Shown: positions 1-11,069 of the stretch, piece by piece
How positions within the stretch are numbered: the first letter of the stretch is position 1
Layout: each line of letters starts with the position of its first letter
NCBI RefSeq assembly: GCF_000143415.4
Contig: NW_003314294.1
Coordinates: forward strand, 749,453-813,452
DNA: 64,000 nt
Source: Selaginella moellendorffii
Taxonomy: Eukaryota; Plantae; Lycopodiophyta
Direction of reading: 5' to 3'
Translations under genes and position numbers: made by a program
The notes under the pieces: generated by a model
Seen by the model: the letters and a program-made list of their open reading frames with translations, nothing else
The model's database searches: none
Told to the model about the DNA's origin: nothing

Positions 1-72
1 AGATAACGGCAAATTAAATGGCTTGATCGAGCAAACTTGGGGGCAAACTTGACGTAGTTAAGTGACGATCAA

Positions 73-93
73 GCTGCTGCTGCTGCTGCTGCT
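73..93. repeat. (GCT)7 microsatellite
   Basis: Read directly from the sequence. Confidence 0.9.
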
Positions 94-490
94 GAAGTTA
101 AAAAAATCCGCGGAACGAGATTCCTTGACCAATCTAAGTTTCTAAGAATGGAAATTGGAAGGGGTTGATTGACCAAGTTTAAGCAAATGCAGGGTGGCGA
201 GAAAAATATAACTGATCCCGTGTGGATCCGCTGTAGATTCTTGAAGCTTTCAAACTTATCCTCGCCTCAATCAATCATCACAATCTGGGGCACAGCATGG
301 GAGGGAGACCTAAACAATGGAAGAAAAAGCGGATTATACAACCCCACCACCCAATCCAAAACGCCACCACCGCAAGCAATCCCACATCATTGGGACCGGA
401 AAATGCCAAGCGGATGGGATTCGAACCCGGCCTGGCACGCCGAGCAAGCATCCTGACCGTCGGATCTGGACGAGATGGAACCGTTGGCAT

Positions 491-590
491 GTCACGTGCG
501 GGGCTCACGCGCGCATGCGCATGCATCATGGCATGGCTGGCATGCATGCATGGCAGATGTGACACGTGGCATGGATGATGCATGCACACG
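491..590. promoter_or_regulatory. Composite ABRE/G-box + RY (Sph) element cluster
   Basis: CACGTG 493-498, GACACGTGGC 561-570 (Em1a-type ABRE), CATGCA at 520 and 581, CATGCATGCATG 541-552, all within 100 bp. Target gene not identified in the window. Confidence 0.6.
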
Positions 591-3374
591 TCATTTTTTA
601 AAATGTATTTTAGGGTTAGGGCTAACACCGTCAGCTTACTGGTAAAAGTAAATCCTGGTAGGAGTCAAAAGCGAGCACTTGCGGATTGGAATCAATCAAG
701 AACACTGAGAATTGTCAATGCTTATATCCGCGAAGATTGTTTTGCTTTACAATTGTTTTTCAAAGGGGTGTCAGTACAAGCACAAGTTTCATTGCGAATG
801 CAGTGAACAAAACCCCTCCTCCGCTGCTAAAGTTCTATCCTCCACTCAAAGGGGGCGGGCCAAAGCTTCCATTGATTCACATTTGCCCTTTCATTTGGGC
901 GTGATTGGACTACATTCCTTGCTCCAAATGAGAACCATGTCACGGACATTCTCGCCTAGAGATCTCTACACCGCCCCTCCCCAGGAATCTTTGGGGCATC
1001 TCAAGAAATCAAAACCTGGTGGTGGATTTGGAAGCCAGCAGCACACCACACAATAGAGCACCACCACATTTGTACCAAAGCAATCAACAAGCACAGGAGG
1101 AGGAAAAATTGCCACCTTTTGCAATATATCTTGTTTCTTGGGGCCTTGTGTGAAACCGTTTGGGCTGCCAACTTGCTCTTTTATGATCAAGAAATGTTGA
1201 GCTTGTGGATGTTGTTGTACAGCTGGAAATAAGAGTGTCATAAGTGGGTGTAGATCCCTCCATTGTTTCAGATGAAAATTGCAGCTTGGATTGTTGGAGG
1301 AGAGTTTTCAGCCCCACATGAGAGAGGGGCTTGAATCTTTTCAAGTTTTTCAAATATACATGCTAGTTTTTGAAAATAAAGAAAAAAGAGTAAATGTAAG
1401 GAATATGGTGAAAGACACCTTTCACTCATTAAAATTTCTATCTTTTGAGGCCCAGTGTGTGATTGTAAAAGAAGAGAGAAATGAAAAGGAAGAGATTGGG
1501 GTGTGGCATGCTTTTGTTTGTTTTTTCAGTGGGATGGTCACTTCCAACCAATAGTTGTTGTTTTATGTTATTTATATAGTGGCTTGCACCATAAAAGAAG
1601 TGAGTGTGACCTTGTGTTTTTCCCCACACTGGTGCAAGATTGGAAGAAGCTGCAAAACAAGGAGCTCTCAACAAGAAAAGAGAGATGTTGATAGTAACAA
1701 AGAGCAAACCTGATCAAATTAATATCAAATCAGAGCTTCCTTCGCTTTCACCATAAAGCCCAAGGTACTTAATTCCAATCCTTTTTCTTGTTTCATGGAG
1801 CAAAACAAACATCACGAAACAACAAATCTGGGTTTTGTTTGGACACTTTGGTCTGTTTCACTGGAAAGCAAATGATCATTGTCGCATGCCTGCCTAAGCA
1901 ACAAAACTAAACAAAAACAGGTCTGGCCGGTTTTCATAGTCAATACAGTAATAATAGTAATAATAATAAAAATAAGCACTCAACCAACAAGCTAATGATA
2001 ATATAGTTCTCCCATGATTGCCTCTTGCATTTGGTGATCCTCTTGTTATTTGTTATAGTATTATTGGCTCTATTATCTTTTTTTTTAGTTATAAGCTAAC
2101 AATCGAGAAAATTCCCCCATGCGTGATAATAATCATCAGAGCAACTATCGTTACTATGCTATGATGAATTTGAGCACTAAACTCCTGAAGTGAGTGAGAT
2201 GGAAGTTCACGTATTTTGCTTGCTGCCAGCTTCGAGGGATCAGCTGGAATTGCACAAATAAGCATCCCCGATTCATAACAGGAGCAATAAGAATCTAGAT
2301 TTGTTTCACACCTTTGTGCTCCGTGACGTAGTGGTGGAGCTGGGCAATTGGACCGCCATCAATCCCAGCAGCATTAACATCTTGTGGAGAGCAAAAGCAA
2401 GCAAGAGGCTCTTGCGGTTTAACACACCCAAGAAAGAGAACAGCTAAAAAAGTGTAAGAAACTCAACCTGGTCTTGTTTTGTGATGCCCAACAACCAAAA
2501 GATTCCTCTCATACAATCTCCAAAGCAGTCATAGATTGTGTTGTCTTTGAATGAAAACAAAATACAACGAATCCAAACACCAAACCAAATTATAATCAAT
2601 ATTAATTTATACTAATTAATAATGGTAAAAAGGAAACTGTGCATGTTGTTGCTCTTGACGTATCACCAGCATGGAAAAATCCAGTACGGTTTAGTTTAGA
2701 GCGCCGTAAGTGTCAAGGTTTTCCACGTAGAAGTTTTTCCCCTTGCTTTGCCGTTTGTCAGATAGCTCTTGCTCTAAAGTTGCTACAACAACCAAGAACA
2801 CGAGTTCAAACGAAGCTCTCGAGTGTTATAAAATTAAACAATCGTTTCTTCTTCATTCCAATGTGTTAAAATCGTTCCCTCCTAGATCCAATGTGCTATA
2901 ATCGTCTCCCCGCGTATTATAACAAAGCATGGCACATGAAAGCCTTGAATATAAAACACCATGTTGGTGGTGTTGTCGCTGTATGCTTGTTTGTGTGGTT
3001 TTCATACTTTTTGCCCCTCTCCTGATGATAGCAACTCAAGCAAAGGTTTTTTGTGCTTCTCCGGTTTCTTCTGGATTTGGCGTGGCCGTGCGTGGTTGAC
3101 CGGACCAACCCGGGATGGTTTGACCGCCGCCACCTTTTCTTCCATCTCCTCTCCACACTTCTATTTTCTTTTGTTTGGAGAGTTTTACTTGGCAAGGATC
3201 CATCCCATCCCTTCCAAAACTCGTCTCTTTGATGAAGGGGATATCTCTTTGAGGCCAACACTCCAAGCTTTCCAGCTAGCCAAGAAGTGTATTGGTTGGG
3301 AGGGACACATCAACCGTAGGATAAAGATGCAAAGATTGGAGGCCTGAAAATTTCGACTTTTTCTATTAAGTTGA

Positions 3375-3378
<4 letters not shown>

Positions 3379-3416
<38 letters not shown>
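3379..3416. repeat. (AT)19 microsatellite
   Basis: Read directly from the sequence. Confidence 0.95.
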
Positions 3417-3424
<8 letters not shown>

Positions 3425-3859
3425 TAGTTGAAATGCCGATTGGGTATAGGCCGGGCCAAATACGTATTTCTTGCGTGGATGATGTCAAGTTTGCAAGAAA
3501 TAGCACATGAGATAACATGCACGAGAACACTAAGATAAAGGGTGGCGACGTGACTTCTTATCGGGTAAAATCCAACTAAAATCCCAGAGACAATGCCAGG
3601 TAGCACGTGAACTTCTAATCTAATCAAAATACATTATTATTGATTACTATTCTCAAATGTTTTATTAATATCAATGGCAAATCTTACTGCCCAAGGCAAG
3701 ATTTCACTGCGTATAATGTTCGTCGGGATTGAATACTAAAACCCGGGGGCGTGTTTGTTTTTGTTTGGAGCGAGCTGACAAAGACGAGCATCCAAAAGAT
3801 AGCGAAAGATTTGCCGCTAAGGTGTTGATGGATGGCTTTGCACCATCCACATGCCTGTG

Positions 3860-3973
3860 CTATTTTGTCCCGGGGCCTCTTTTTTTCATATGCATGGTCT
3901 CGAATGATTGAGAGAGCTCCTCCCTCTCTTTCAGTGTGTGAATCCAAAGCATCTTCCAGTACGCCATAGCCAT
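3860..3973 (-). CDS. Possible 37-aa small ORF (MAMAYWKMLWIHTLKEREELSQSFETMHMKKRGPGTK) in a putative spliced transcript
   Basis: Minus-strand TATAAAA at 4349-4343, candidate intron AG|GTACGC (4148) to TTGTTTCTAG (4041), ATG at 3973, TAG at 3862-3860. No recognisable homology. Confidence 0.2.
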   Translation of the reverse strand: MAMAYWKMLWIHTLKEREELSQSFETMHMKKRGPGTK

Positions 3974-4901
3974 GTAGCGGCAGCACTACGAGGCAAAAGC
4001 TCGGGGTCAAAATCCTCCAAAACAAGCCCACCTCCACCACCTAGAAACAACGCAAATCTCGCCACTGCCAAGCCGGGATGAGTGAATAAAAAGAAGTGTA
4101 ACGAGCGCGATATAAAAGCTGGGAAAAGAGGGAATGGTGTGTGCGTACCTTTGGCGCAGTAGCGTCAGGAGAGAGGCAGCACGGCTCTCTGGATTGGAAC
4201 CGAGAGCTTCCCTTTCTTTCTTTTCGAGGAAGTTATCCTTCTTTCTCGAGAAGAAAAGAAGGGAGAGCTTCTCATCTTCGTCCCGCCGATTGAGTCGTTC
4301 TTCCCCGCGTGAGCCACCACCTGACTGACTGCTTCGCGAGTTTTTTATAAGGCCACCCCCGAATTTTTAATGCCGCGCCGATGGTACGCTTTCTCCCTTG
4401 TCTCAACCAATGCTCTTTCGGGTACGCCGGTCAATTGTCACACTGCAATGACAATCATGTGCTTCGCAAAGGCGATGGCGTCGTTGCGTGCTTGCTTGCT
4501 TTGCTTTGGCTCTGGTAGAAAAAGAAAAACTCGTCGTCGTAGCGGACTATAACTTTGGCCCCTCCTCCAGCTCATCTCGTGTCACGTCCTTCAAACAGTA
4601 TCGCCCAAGTTCTTTTCCTCCTGTTCCTGTGCCTCCTGTTCTTCTTTTTTCCTTCGTTTTCCTAGAAAAGCTTTTGTGCCGATCGATCCACTTCTTCCTG
4701 TTGCTGGCTGGCTGTGCTCACCATCTTTATTGCCGAAGAACTTGTCCATATCAGTCCCCCAAGTCTCTGATGATTGCATTGAAAGTAAAACACCACACAT
4801 CTCGATTCGAATGGAATGGCTCCCTCAAAACATTGATACCTGCAGTCAGTGTTACACCAAAGAAGTTGACTGTGAATATCAGGCCAGACCTCTTTGGTTA
4901 G

Positions 4902-6128
4902 TCACGACGCAGGCTTTTCAGGGCCTTTAGTAGAGGCCTTGGGAGTGGAGCCTTTTTGCTGCTGCTGCTGCTGCTTACTCGTCGAAGGCAGTGGTCTTAG
5001 AATCGCCCAAGCACGATGTCTTTCGGATTGCGGACCTTGTTCCAGCTTTGATACATCCTTAAGCTGCATATCGGAGTCTCAGAAAAGCCAAAACGAAATC
5101 AAGGATGAGGAAGTACTATACCAGTTCGATGAGTCGATCGATGAGCTTCAATGCTTTGGGATCTGACCTGACTGGACCTTCGTCGTCCTTGACTGGTTTA
5201 TTCGGGAGCTTGACAACAAACTGGATAAAAGAGTAGCTTAGCAGCGTTTTTCCAACGTAGAAAAGAAAAAAAAAAAAGCTTGCACCTTCAAGCGATGACC
5301 TCGCTGGATAAGTTTCGATGCCATGTCTGCTTTCATCTCAAGGTCTCTCTCCTCCTGAAAAGCTCATAGATGAAACGAAGAACCATGGAACGTGGAAAAC
5401 TCACGATCTTAGAAGTCACTTGAAGCTCTTTCAGGTCACTCAGCCTTCGAGACTCCAACTGCATTGCAAATAAGTTAGCAAGCCAAGAGAAATGGAAGGA
5501 AGATCGCTACGTACATTCGTCTTCTTGCGTTCTTTCTCCCTGACTTTTTCCTTGTACTTCTCCTTCTTGTAGTCCATAAGTTTGCAGACAACCGGTTCCT
5601 TGGATGGATCAACCTGTTCGTGAAAAATTCTGGTTTCATGGAAGATCAAACAATGCAGTACCTCGACCAAGTCTAGTCCCTGCTTCTCAGCAAGGCCGAG
5701 CGCTTCCTCTCTCGTTACTACTTTGTGACCTGAGAGAAAACCACAGAATCGTGAAAAAAGTTCTTTAGTTCTTCCAGGAAACCCGAAACACATAAACTAA
5801 AAAAAAATCGAATACCTTCTGAATCGACAAGGCGAATGAAGCGATCGGCGATGGCTCTGTTCATCCGGGGTCCCTTTGGAGCATTCGGCCGTGCGCGAGG
5901 ATCGCCGATAATGTCATCGTCATCGTCTTTCTTCGTCTGCGCAAGGAAAAAATTCATTCTTGGGAGGAGAGGAGCGCGCTTGCTTACATTTCTAGCGTAG
6001 CTCCTGGAGAAGAGGAGATCGCCGCTCCATCGCCATTGCAAGTCCTGATCGCTCCTCTCAATCGCACCGGCCGCTCGCCGCGCCGTACAAGAAGAAGCGC
6101 GAAGAACAAGACGACGCCATAGCGCCAT
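4902..6128 (-). CDS. Translation initiation factor IF-3, organellar (probably mitochondrial), 7 exons
   Basis: Arg-rich presequence, then MNRAIADRFIRLVDSEG|HKVVTREEALGLAEKQGLDLVE|VDPSKEPVVCKLMDYKKEKY...KELQVTSKI|EERDLEMKADMASKLIQRGHRLK. GT-AG introns join in frame; stop TGA 4904-4902. Confidence 0.9.
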
Positions 6129-6158
6129 AGCTAGGGTTTAAGTTAGGGTTCTTCCAAA
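6129..6158. promoter_or_regulatory. 30-bp spacer between divergent start codons, containing telo-boxes
   Basis: TAGGGTTT at 6132-6139 and TAGGGTT at about 6144-6150, between the IF-3 ATG (6128, -) and the DRB ATG (6159, +). Confidence 0.65.
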
Positions 6159-6887
6159 ATGTACAAGAGCCAGCTCCAAGAATTCGCGCAGAAATCCGGC
6201 TGGACGGTGCCGCAGTACGATTCCATCAAGCAAGGCCTGCCCCATCTTCCGCGATTCCAAGCTTCGGTCGAGGTGAATGGCGTCAAGTACGAGTCCGAGG
6301 ATGGATTTCCCAATCTCAAGGCCGCCGAGCACAGCGCCGCCAAGAAGGCGCTGGATTCGCTCACTGGCGGCGCCAATGGCGCTTCCACCGATGCCTCTGG
6401 CTCCTCCATGGTACGATCGCGTAGCTTGCATTCTCTTTCTCTTCTCATGGTTCTTTCTTTTCTTCGTGCTTGTTCTTGGGTGTTCTAAAGACCGGGCTTT
6501 GCAAGAATGTGCTCCAAGAGTACGCGCAAAGGAATGGCTTCTCTCTTCCAATCTACCAAATTGAGATCACTGGGCCGAGCCACAATTCAGTGTTTGCAGC
6601 GACTGTGGAGATCGGTGGAGTTTTGTACAAGGGTGGTACTGCCAAGAGCAAGAAAGAGGCCGAGGTGAAAGCCGCAAGAACAGCGATTCTTGCGATCAAA
6701 GAACTTGCAGGTAAGGAATGCTTCTCTTTTCTTGTATCTCTCATCTCATCTCTCTCATTCTTTTCGTTTTCTCTCAGAGGCCGCTCCTTCAGACGATTAC
6801 GTTCCACCACAGTCTGGAAAAAAGCGAGTGAGAGCTGCCAAGAACAAGATCGAGAAAGAATCACCACGACGCAAACCACGGGTGTGA
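6159..6887 (+). CDS. Double-stranded RNA-binding protein, HYL1/DRB1-like (2 dsRBDs + basic tail), 3 exons
   Basis: Exons about 6159-6410, 6491-6710, 6779-6887. dsRBD1 MYKSQLQEFAQK...KAAEHSAAKKAL; dsRBD2 GLCKNVLQEYAQR...VEIGG...KKEAEVKAARTAILAI, which resembles HYL1 dsRBD2; NLS-like KKRVR...RRKPR. Confidence 0.88.
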
Positions 6888-6951
6888 GAGATCTCGAGGC
6901 AGCAAAGCTGGTAACTCAAACCTCTATTTTGTGTCTTTGTATTTGTAGCGA

Positions 6952-8913
6952 TTACCTCGATGAAGAACTGGAACTATTCGTGTTTAGAGCGAGCACAAGG
7001 TCTGATGAGAATCTATTCCTTCGCATTTCTTCCTCACTTAGCAGCTTCTGGAGCTCTTTTGTTGCCGCAGTGAGTCGGGCCTCATCCACAAACGGTAGCT
7101 TCACGACTCCTTTCCAGGCCTTCTTCGATCCGGTGTAGTCGACTTCGAAAGCTCCCGGGTAGAAATCAGCGATGAGAGAGGCTGGATCGAGCATTAGCTT
7201 CTGGTAGCAGGCCGGAAGAGCAGTGGAACTTTGCGGTGGTAGCACGGCCAGGAGCTGCTCCAGAGGCTTGAGTGGCTCACCGAGAGTGGGATGGAAAACA
7301 AAACCAGAGATTCTTTCGGAGAAGTCCGAGGCAAACGGTGCGTAGTAGTAAGGGTAGTACCATCGCCAGGAGCTCACGCCGTGGTAGTAGTAGCGGAGGA
7401 TCCATGCAAGGCCTTCCAGGTACTTGAGCACCACCTTGGCACTCTCGCTCTCGGCCACCTCGAGCTTGAGGGAGTAGTACCTCGTCTTCCATCCTGGCGA
7501 GCCGAGATCACTCCTGTCCATCTTGAGCTGGAGGTTGAGTTCGCGATCTTGGTTCTTGGTAAGTTGCGTCCTCACTTTCAGTTTTAGCAGCTCCAAGGTT
7601 CTGTGCTGCTCGTCGAGCTCGTGATTTTCAGGACTGGATGGCTGAGGTTCTTCACTTTGCTCGAGTTCCAAGTCATCCAGTTCCAGAGCTACGTCTTCAC
7701 CGTTTTCTAGATCCCAGAGCTCTTCCGGAACCTCTACGACGTAATCTTCTTGGTCTACTCGACTTGGAGCTCCAGCAAACTCTCGTCTTCTTCTGGTACG
7801 TCTCGGCCTTTTCCTCCTCTCTTTCTTCTTATACTTGTTCTTGAGGAAGCCTTCTTCGCTGGCAGCTATGGCGGAGAAGAAGTGTGCCACACTCGGTAAG
7901 TTCATTTCACCGTTTCTCGTGAGATAGTCACCCATTTGCGTGAACTCGGTTGTGTAGATGGTGATCATCGAGTCGATAGCTCCATCGTCAATCAGCAAAG
8001 TTGGAATGTGAGGGAGAAAATCGTTGCCGATCAAGCAGCACATAAACACAAAGTCGTCTATCACCCGCTCGTCATCGATCTCAAACGGTGGACACTCGGC
8101 CACTCTCATTCTCTGGACGAGGCATTCGCGTAGCAGCGAAAGATCGAGGAACTCAAATCCAGTAGCAACGTTTTCCTGCCGCTGGCTCGTCCACTCTCGA
8201 GATTCGCGCAAGATGGAGAAGTTCTGCTCGTGAGTGGCGAGTGTCAGGAGGATCAAATCAGCGTCGGCTCCAAAAACACAGTGGCTGGTCTCCGGATCAT
8301 ACTCTCCAGAGTGGTTTTTCCTCTTCCCGCGAATGAAGCTCATGATCTTGTGCTCTCCCTCTCCAGGAACGCTCGAGTCGGAGAGTATCACTTGGAGGCC
8401 CTTCCACGAAGCGCTGGTGGCGAGACGAAGATTTACGTACTCTCGCAGAGCGGCGGAGAGATCGGCCATGAACTTCGTCCCGGGAGTGATCACATTCGAG
8501 TCTTCCAATCCAGATCCTCTCCCGGGAGGCGGGAGAGCTCTCCCCTCGGCGGCAAATCGCCCACGAAGTTTTTCCTCGGCAGCGGTAGCATCGGCGGCCT
8601 CTCTAGCGGCCACAAATCTCCGCGCGCGCTGCTGGTTCATCTTTGCGCGCGGAGCCACGCCATCCACGGCCAAGAACAAGAGCTTCCTGGGACGAACAAG
8701 CTCCACCACAGCGTCTATGTAAGCTCCAATCCCCTGGAATACCTCGTCTTGCGTGGTGGGCAATGGGCGGCCATCGCTGCCGCTGGGATGAAAGCACGAA
8801 TGGACGATGGAATTCATGTCCAAGTAGAGATTGTCGTGGCACTGCCCGGAGCTCGCCCCCACTGCCGCTGGAAACGCGCGACAAAGCCATCCAAAGAACA
8901 AAGGAATCCCCAT
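6952..8913 (-). CDS. 5'-3' exoribonuclease, XRN family, intronless, 653 aa
   Basis: Motifs DNLYLDMN, AVDGVAPRAKMNQQRARRF, DSNVITPGT, PGEGEHKI, GADADLILL, GNDFLPHIP, WYYPYYYAP, QLLAVLP, WKGVVKLPFVDE in one uninterrupted ORF. Confidence 0.95.
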   Translation of the reverse strand: MGIPLFFGWLCRAFPAAVGASSGQCHDNLYLDMNSIVHSCFHPSGSDGRPLPTTQDEVFQGIGAYIDAVVELVRPRKLLFLAVDGVAPRAKMNQQRARRFVAAREAADATAAEEKLRGRFAAEGRALPPPGRGSGLEDSNVITPGTKFMADLSAALREYVNLRLATSASWKGLQVILSDSSVPGEGEHKIMSFIRGKRKNHSGEYDPETSHCVFGADADLILLTLATHEQNFSILRESREWTSQRQENVATGFEFLDLSLLRECLVQRMRVAECPPFEIDDERVIDDFVFMCCLIGNDFLPHIPTLLIDDGAIDSMITIYTTEFTQMGDYLTRNGEMNLPSVAHFFSAIAASEEGFLKNKYKKKERRKRPRRTRRRREFAGAPSRVDQEDYVVEVPEELWDLENGEDVALELDDLELEQSEEPQPSSPENHELDEQHRTLELLKLKVRTQLTKNQDRELNLQLKMDRSDLGSPGWKTRYYSLKLEVAESESAKVVLKYLEGLAWILRYYYHGVSSWRWYYPYYYAPFASDFSERISGFVFHPTLGEPLKPLEQLLAVLPPQSSTALPACYQKLMLDPASLIADFYPGAFEVDYTGSKKAWKGVVKLPFVDEARLTAATKELQKLLSEEEMRRNRFSSDLVLALNTNSSSSSSR

Positions 8914-9116
8914 AAACCCTAACTTTCAGTTAAATTCAAAATTGAAGGGCACAAAATAACCGGTATATTCTACGATCTATCTAAGAATCCATTTTATTTC
9001 TTCATTATTTGGTTTAGATTTTATATATACTCATTTCTGTTCCCATTGTACGCGTTGTTTCCTTTTCATTCACGGTTTTTTAGTAGTTTTAGGACTTTGG
9101 CTTGAATCTAGATTAT

Positions 9117-9194
9117 AGCAATGTTGTACAGAAGATAAGATGGTATCATCTTGACAGCAATGTTGTGCAGAAGATAAGATGTTATCACCTTGAC
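9117..9194. repeat. 39-bp tandem duplication
   Basis: AGCAATGTTGT(A/G)CAGAAGATAAGATG(G/T)TATCA(T/C)CTTGAC occurs twice. Confidence 0.85.
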
Positions 9195-9280
9195 ATATAG
9201 TAGTTTAAAATCTAAAATATATCTTTGGCCAAAGGGTAGCTGCAAATTCTGTAAAAGCTAAGAAAACATTCCGGTGGTCA

Positions 9281-10295
9281 CTATGCAGGAGAAGTGACAC
9301 CAGCAGATTGTACCACAAGCTCCACGTACTTGTCAAAGCAACTCTGCTCGTCCTCGATAAGCTTGCGACATTCTTTGTGGTTCTTGTCAATCAGCTTCGA
9401 AAACATAACCTTTGCGTTTAGGAGACGTGCATACTCTGTATCATTGTTGTACCAGATCTTTTTGGTCCAACCACAACCATTGCACAACGTTGCATACTTG
9501 GTGAGTATGTAGAATGGAACCGCCGGGATTTCCATTTCTGCTTCAGGCCCAAGCGAATTAAAAGAGAAAGACACAAGCATGCCACGAACATCTGGAAGGT
9601 GGCCCAAACAATCGCCCGCTTTTACAGCCTAGGGCAAGTGTTCCCGGATGTAGTTGAGTTTCATCTTCATTTCGGAGTGCAGCGCCTCAACCTAGGGTGC
9701 GCATCACGTCCACGAGGTGTCCCAGGTTCATCGAACGCATGCTCCCGAAGTCTTCCTTGCTGCGACCGGGTAATTGCCGACGAGTCAAAGGCAATTGAAG
9801 CGTACACTGCGGTATGTGAACTTAGGACGTCGCTTTTTTTTTCTGTGTCTCTGTACTGACTGCCTTTTTCTTCGCATCGAACAAGAAATCCTTGCCCGAA
9901 TTTTTAAATATATATCTCGCGGACCAAGTTTCCAGGCCGATTTGCCAGACCTTGAGGCCATATTATCCTTGGCCCTTGAGATGCGATTCTAGAACTTGTC
10001 GCCTCCTAGCGCCATGTCGAAGTTGTCAATGTATCTGGAAGATCACGTAAGTTAAGTGTCTCGAACTAAGATCGCTGTCCATGGCGGCAATCTAAAAGAA
10101 AGGAACGCGAACAATTGCCTTGATCTCTTTCCATAACTCTTATCCAGAAGATCCTCGATAGGCTTGGAACATCGGCATGATTGCCCTCAATCAGCTTGAA
10201 CAACACACCCTTTGCGTTTAGGAGACGTGCATACTCCCTTGTTGGTTCTCAGCGTTGTTTTGTCTCAACCAAGCAGAACGCCACCCATTCTTCAT
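9281..10295 (-). pseudogene. Degenerate orphan gene with an internally repeated module
   Basis: TTTGCGTTTAGGAGACGTGCATACTC at both 9411 and 10211 (EYARLLNAK in both). Splice-acceptor-like sites are present, with in-frame stops and frameshifts. Family not recognised. Confidence 0.35.
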
Positions 10296-10593
10296 CTGTG
10301 CAAGGAGGAAAAAAAGAAAATTCATTAGTGTGCTTGCCACCTTCTTGAGAAGGTATTACAAGTCCTGAGACTGATCGGTCCTCCCAATCCATAGAAGAAG
10401 AAGTATGGATCTAGAACATGGTGACACTATAACACCAGCAATCGCACCGTAGCAACACATTCTATAGAACATTCTGACGTGTCCTCGGGGCGACGGTAGT
10501 CAATGTGCACAGATTCGCGTGTTAGCCACCGCATTAGCAGCTGGTAAACGCGTTAACCCCTCGCCATAGCTAAGGTTTAAGCGGTTCTTCACA

Positions 10594-11060
10594 ATGTACA
10601 AGAACCAGCTTCAGGAATTCGCGCAGAAAGCTGGGTGGACAATGCCGCAGTACGACTTTTCCATGGAAGGCCTGCCGCATCTCCCTCGGTTCCAAGCTTC
10701 TGTCGAGGTGAATGGCATCAAATACGACTCGGAGGATGGTTTTCCAAACCTCAAGGCCTGGATGCGCTCAATGGGGCCGATGGCTCCCTGATACGATCGC
10801 TTGAATCTCACGGTTTTCGTCTTCCACAGGGCTTTGCAAGAGTGAGCTCCAAGAGCACGCGAGGAATGGCTTGTCCCTTCCAATCTATCAAATGGAGATC
10901 AAAGGGCCGAGTCACAAGCCAGAGTTTGAAGAGATCGGTGGTGTTTTCCTACAAGGGTGGTACTGCCAAGAACACGCTGGTACAAATCGTGCTTGAGCCG
11001 CCTGGAGAGCGAGAGCTAGACAAGAGAGAGAATAGACAATCAAGAGAGAGGCTATGGGAG
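10594..11060 (+). pseudogene. Decayed paralogue of the HYL1/DRB1-like gene
   Basis: MYKNQLQEFAQKAGWTMPQY...FPNLKA, then deletion of AEHSAAKKA and a frameshift. dsRBD2 remnants (YKGGTAK) carry stops. Confidence 0.85.
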
Positions 11061-11069
11061 ATGTAACAA

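Noticed and set aside
21-74. 9-bp inverted repeat GCTTGATCG/CGATCAAGC
   Set aside because: Too short and interrupted for a pre-miRNA; plausible by chance.
400-470. tRNA-like B-box on the minus strand (CCGGGTTCGAATCCC)
   Set aside because: Only 3 bp of T-stem; no acceptor stem or anticodon arm can be built.
1730-1750. AGAGCTTCCTTC resembling the miR159/319 star arm
   Set aside because: No matching mature arm or long fold-back found nearby.
2929-3099. 56-aa Cys-rich hydrophobic ORF (MAHESLEYKTPCWWCCRC...)
   Set aside because: No recognisable peptide-hormone motif or supporting gene structure.
8230-8922. Long plus-strand ORFs opposite XRN (likewise opposite the PPR, TPR and PLAT genes)
   Set aside because: Shadow ORFs of GC-rich coding sequence with no motifs of their own.
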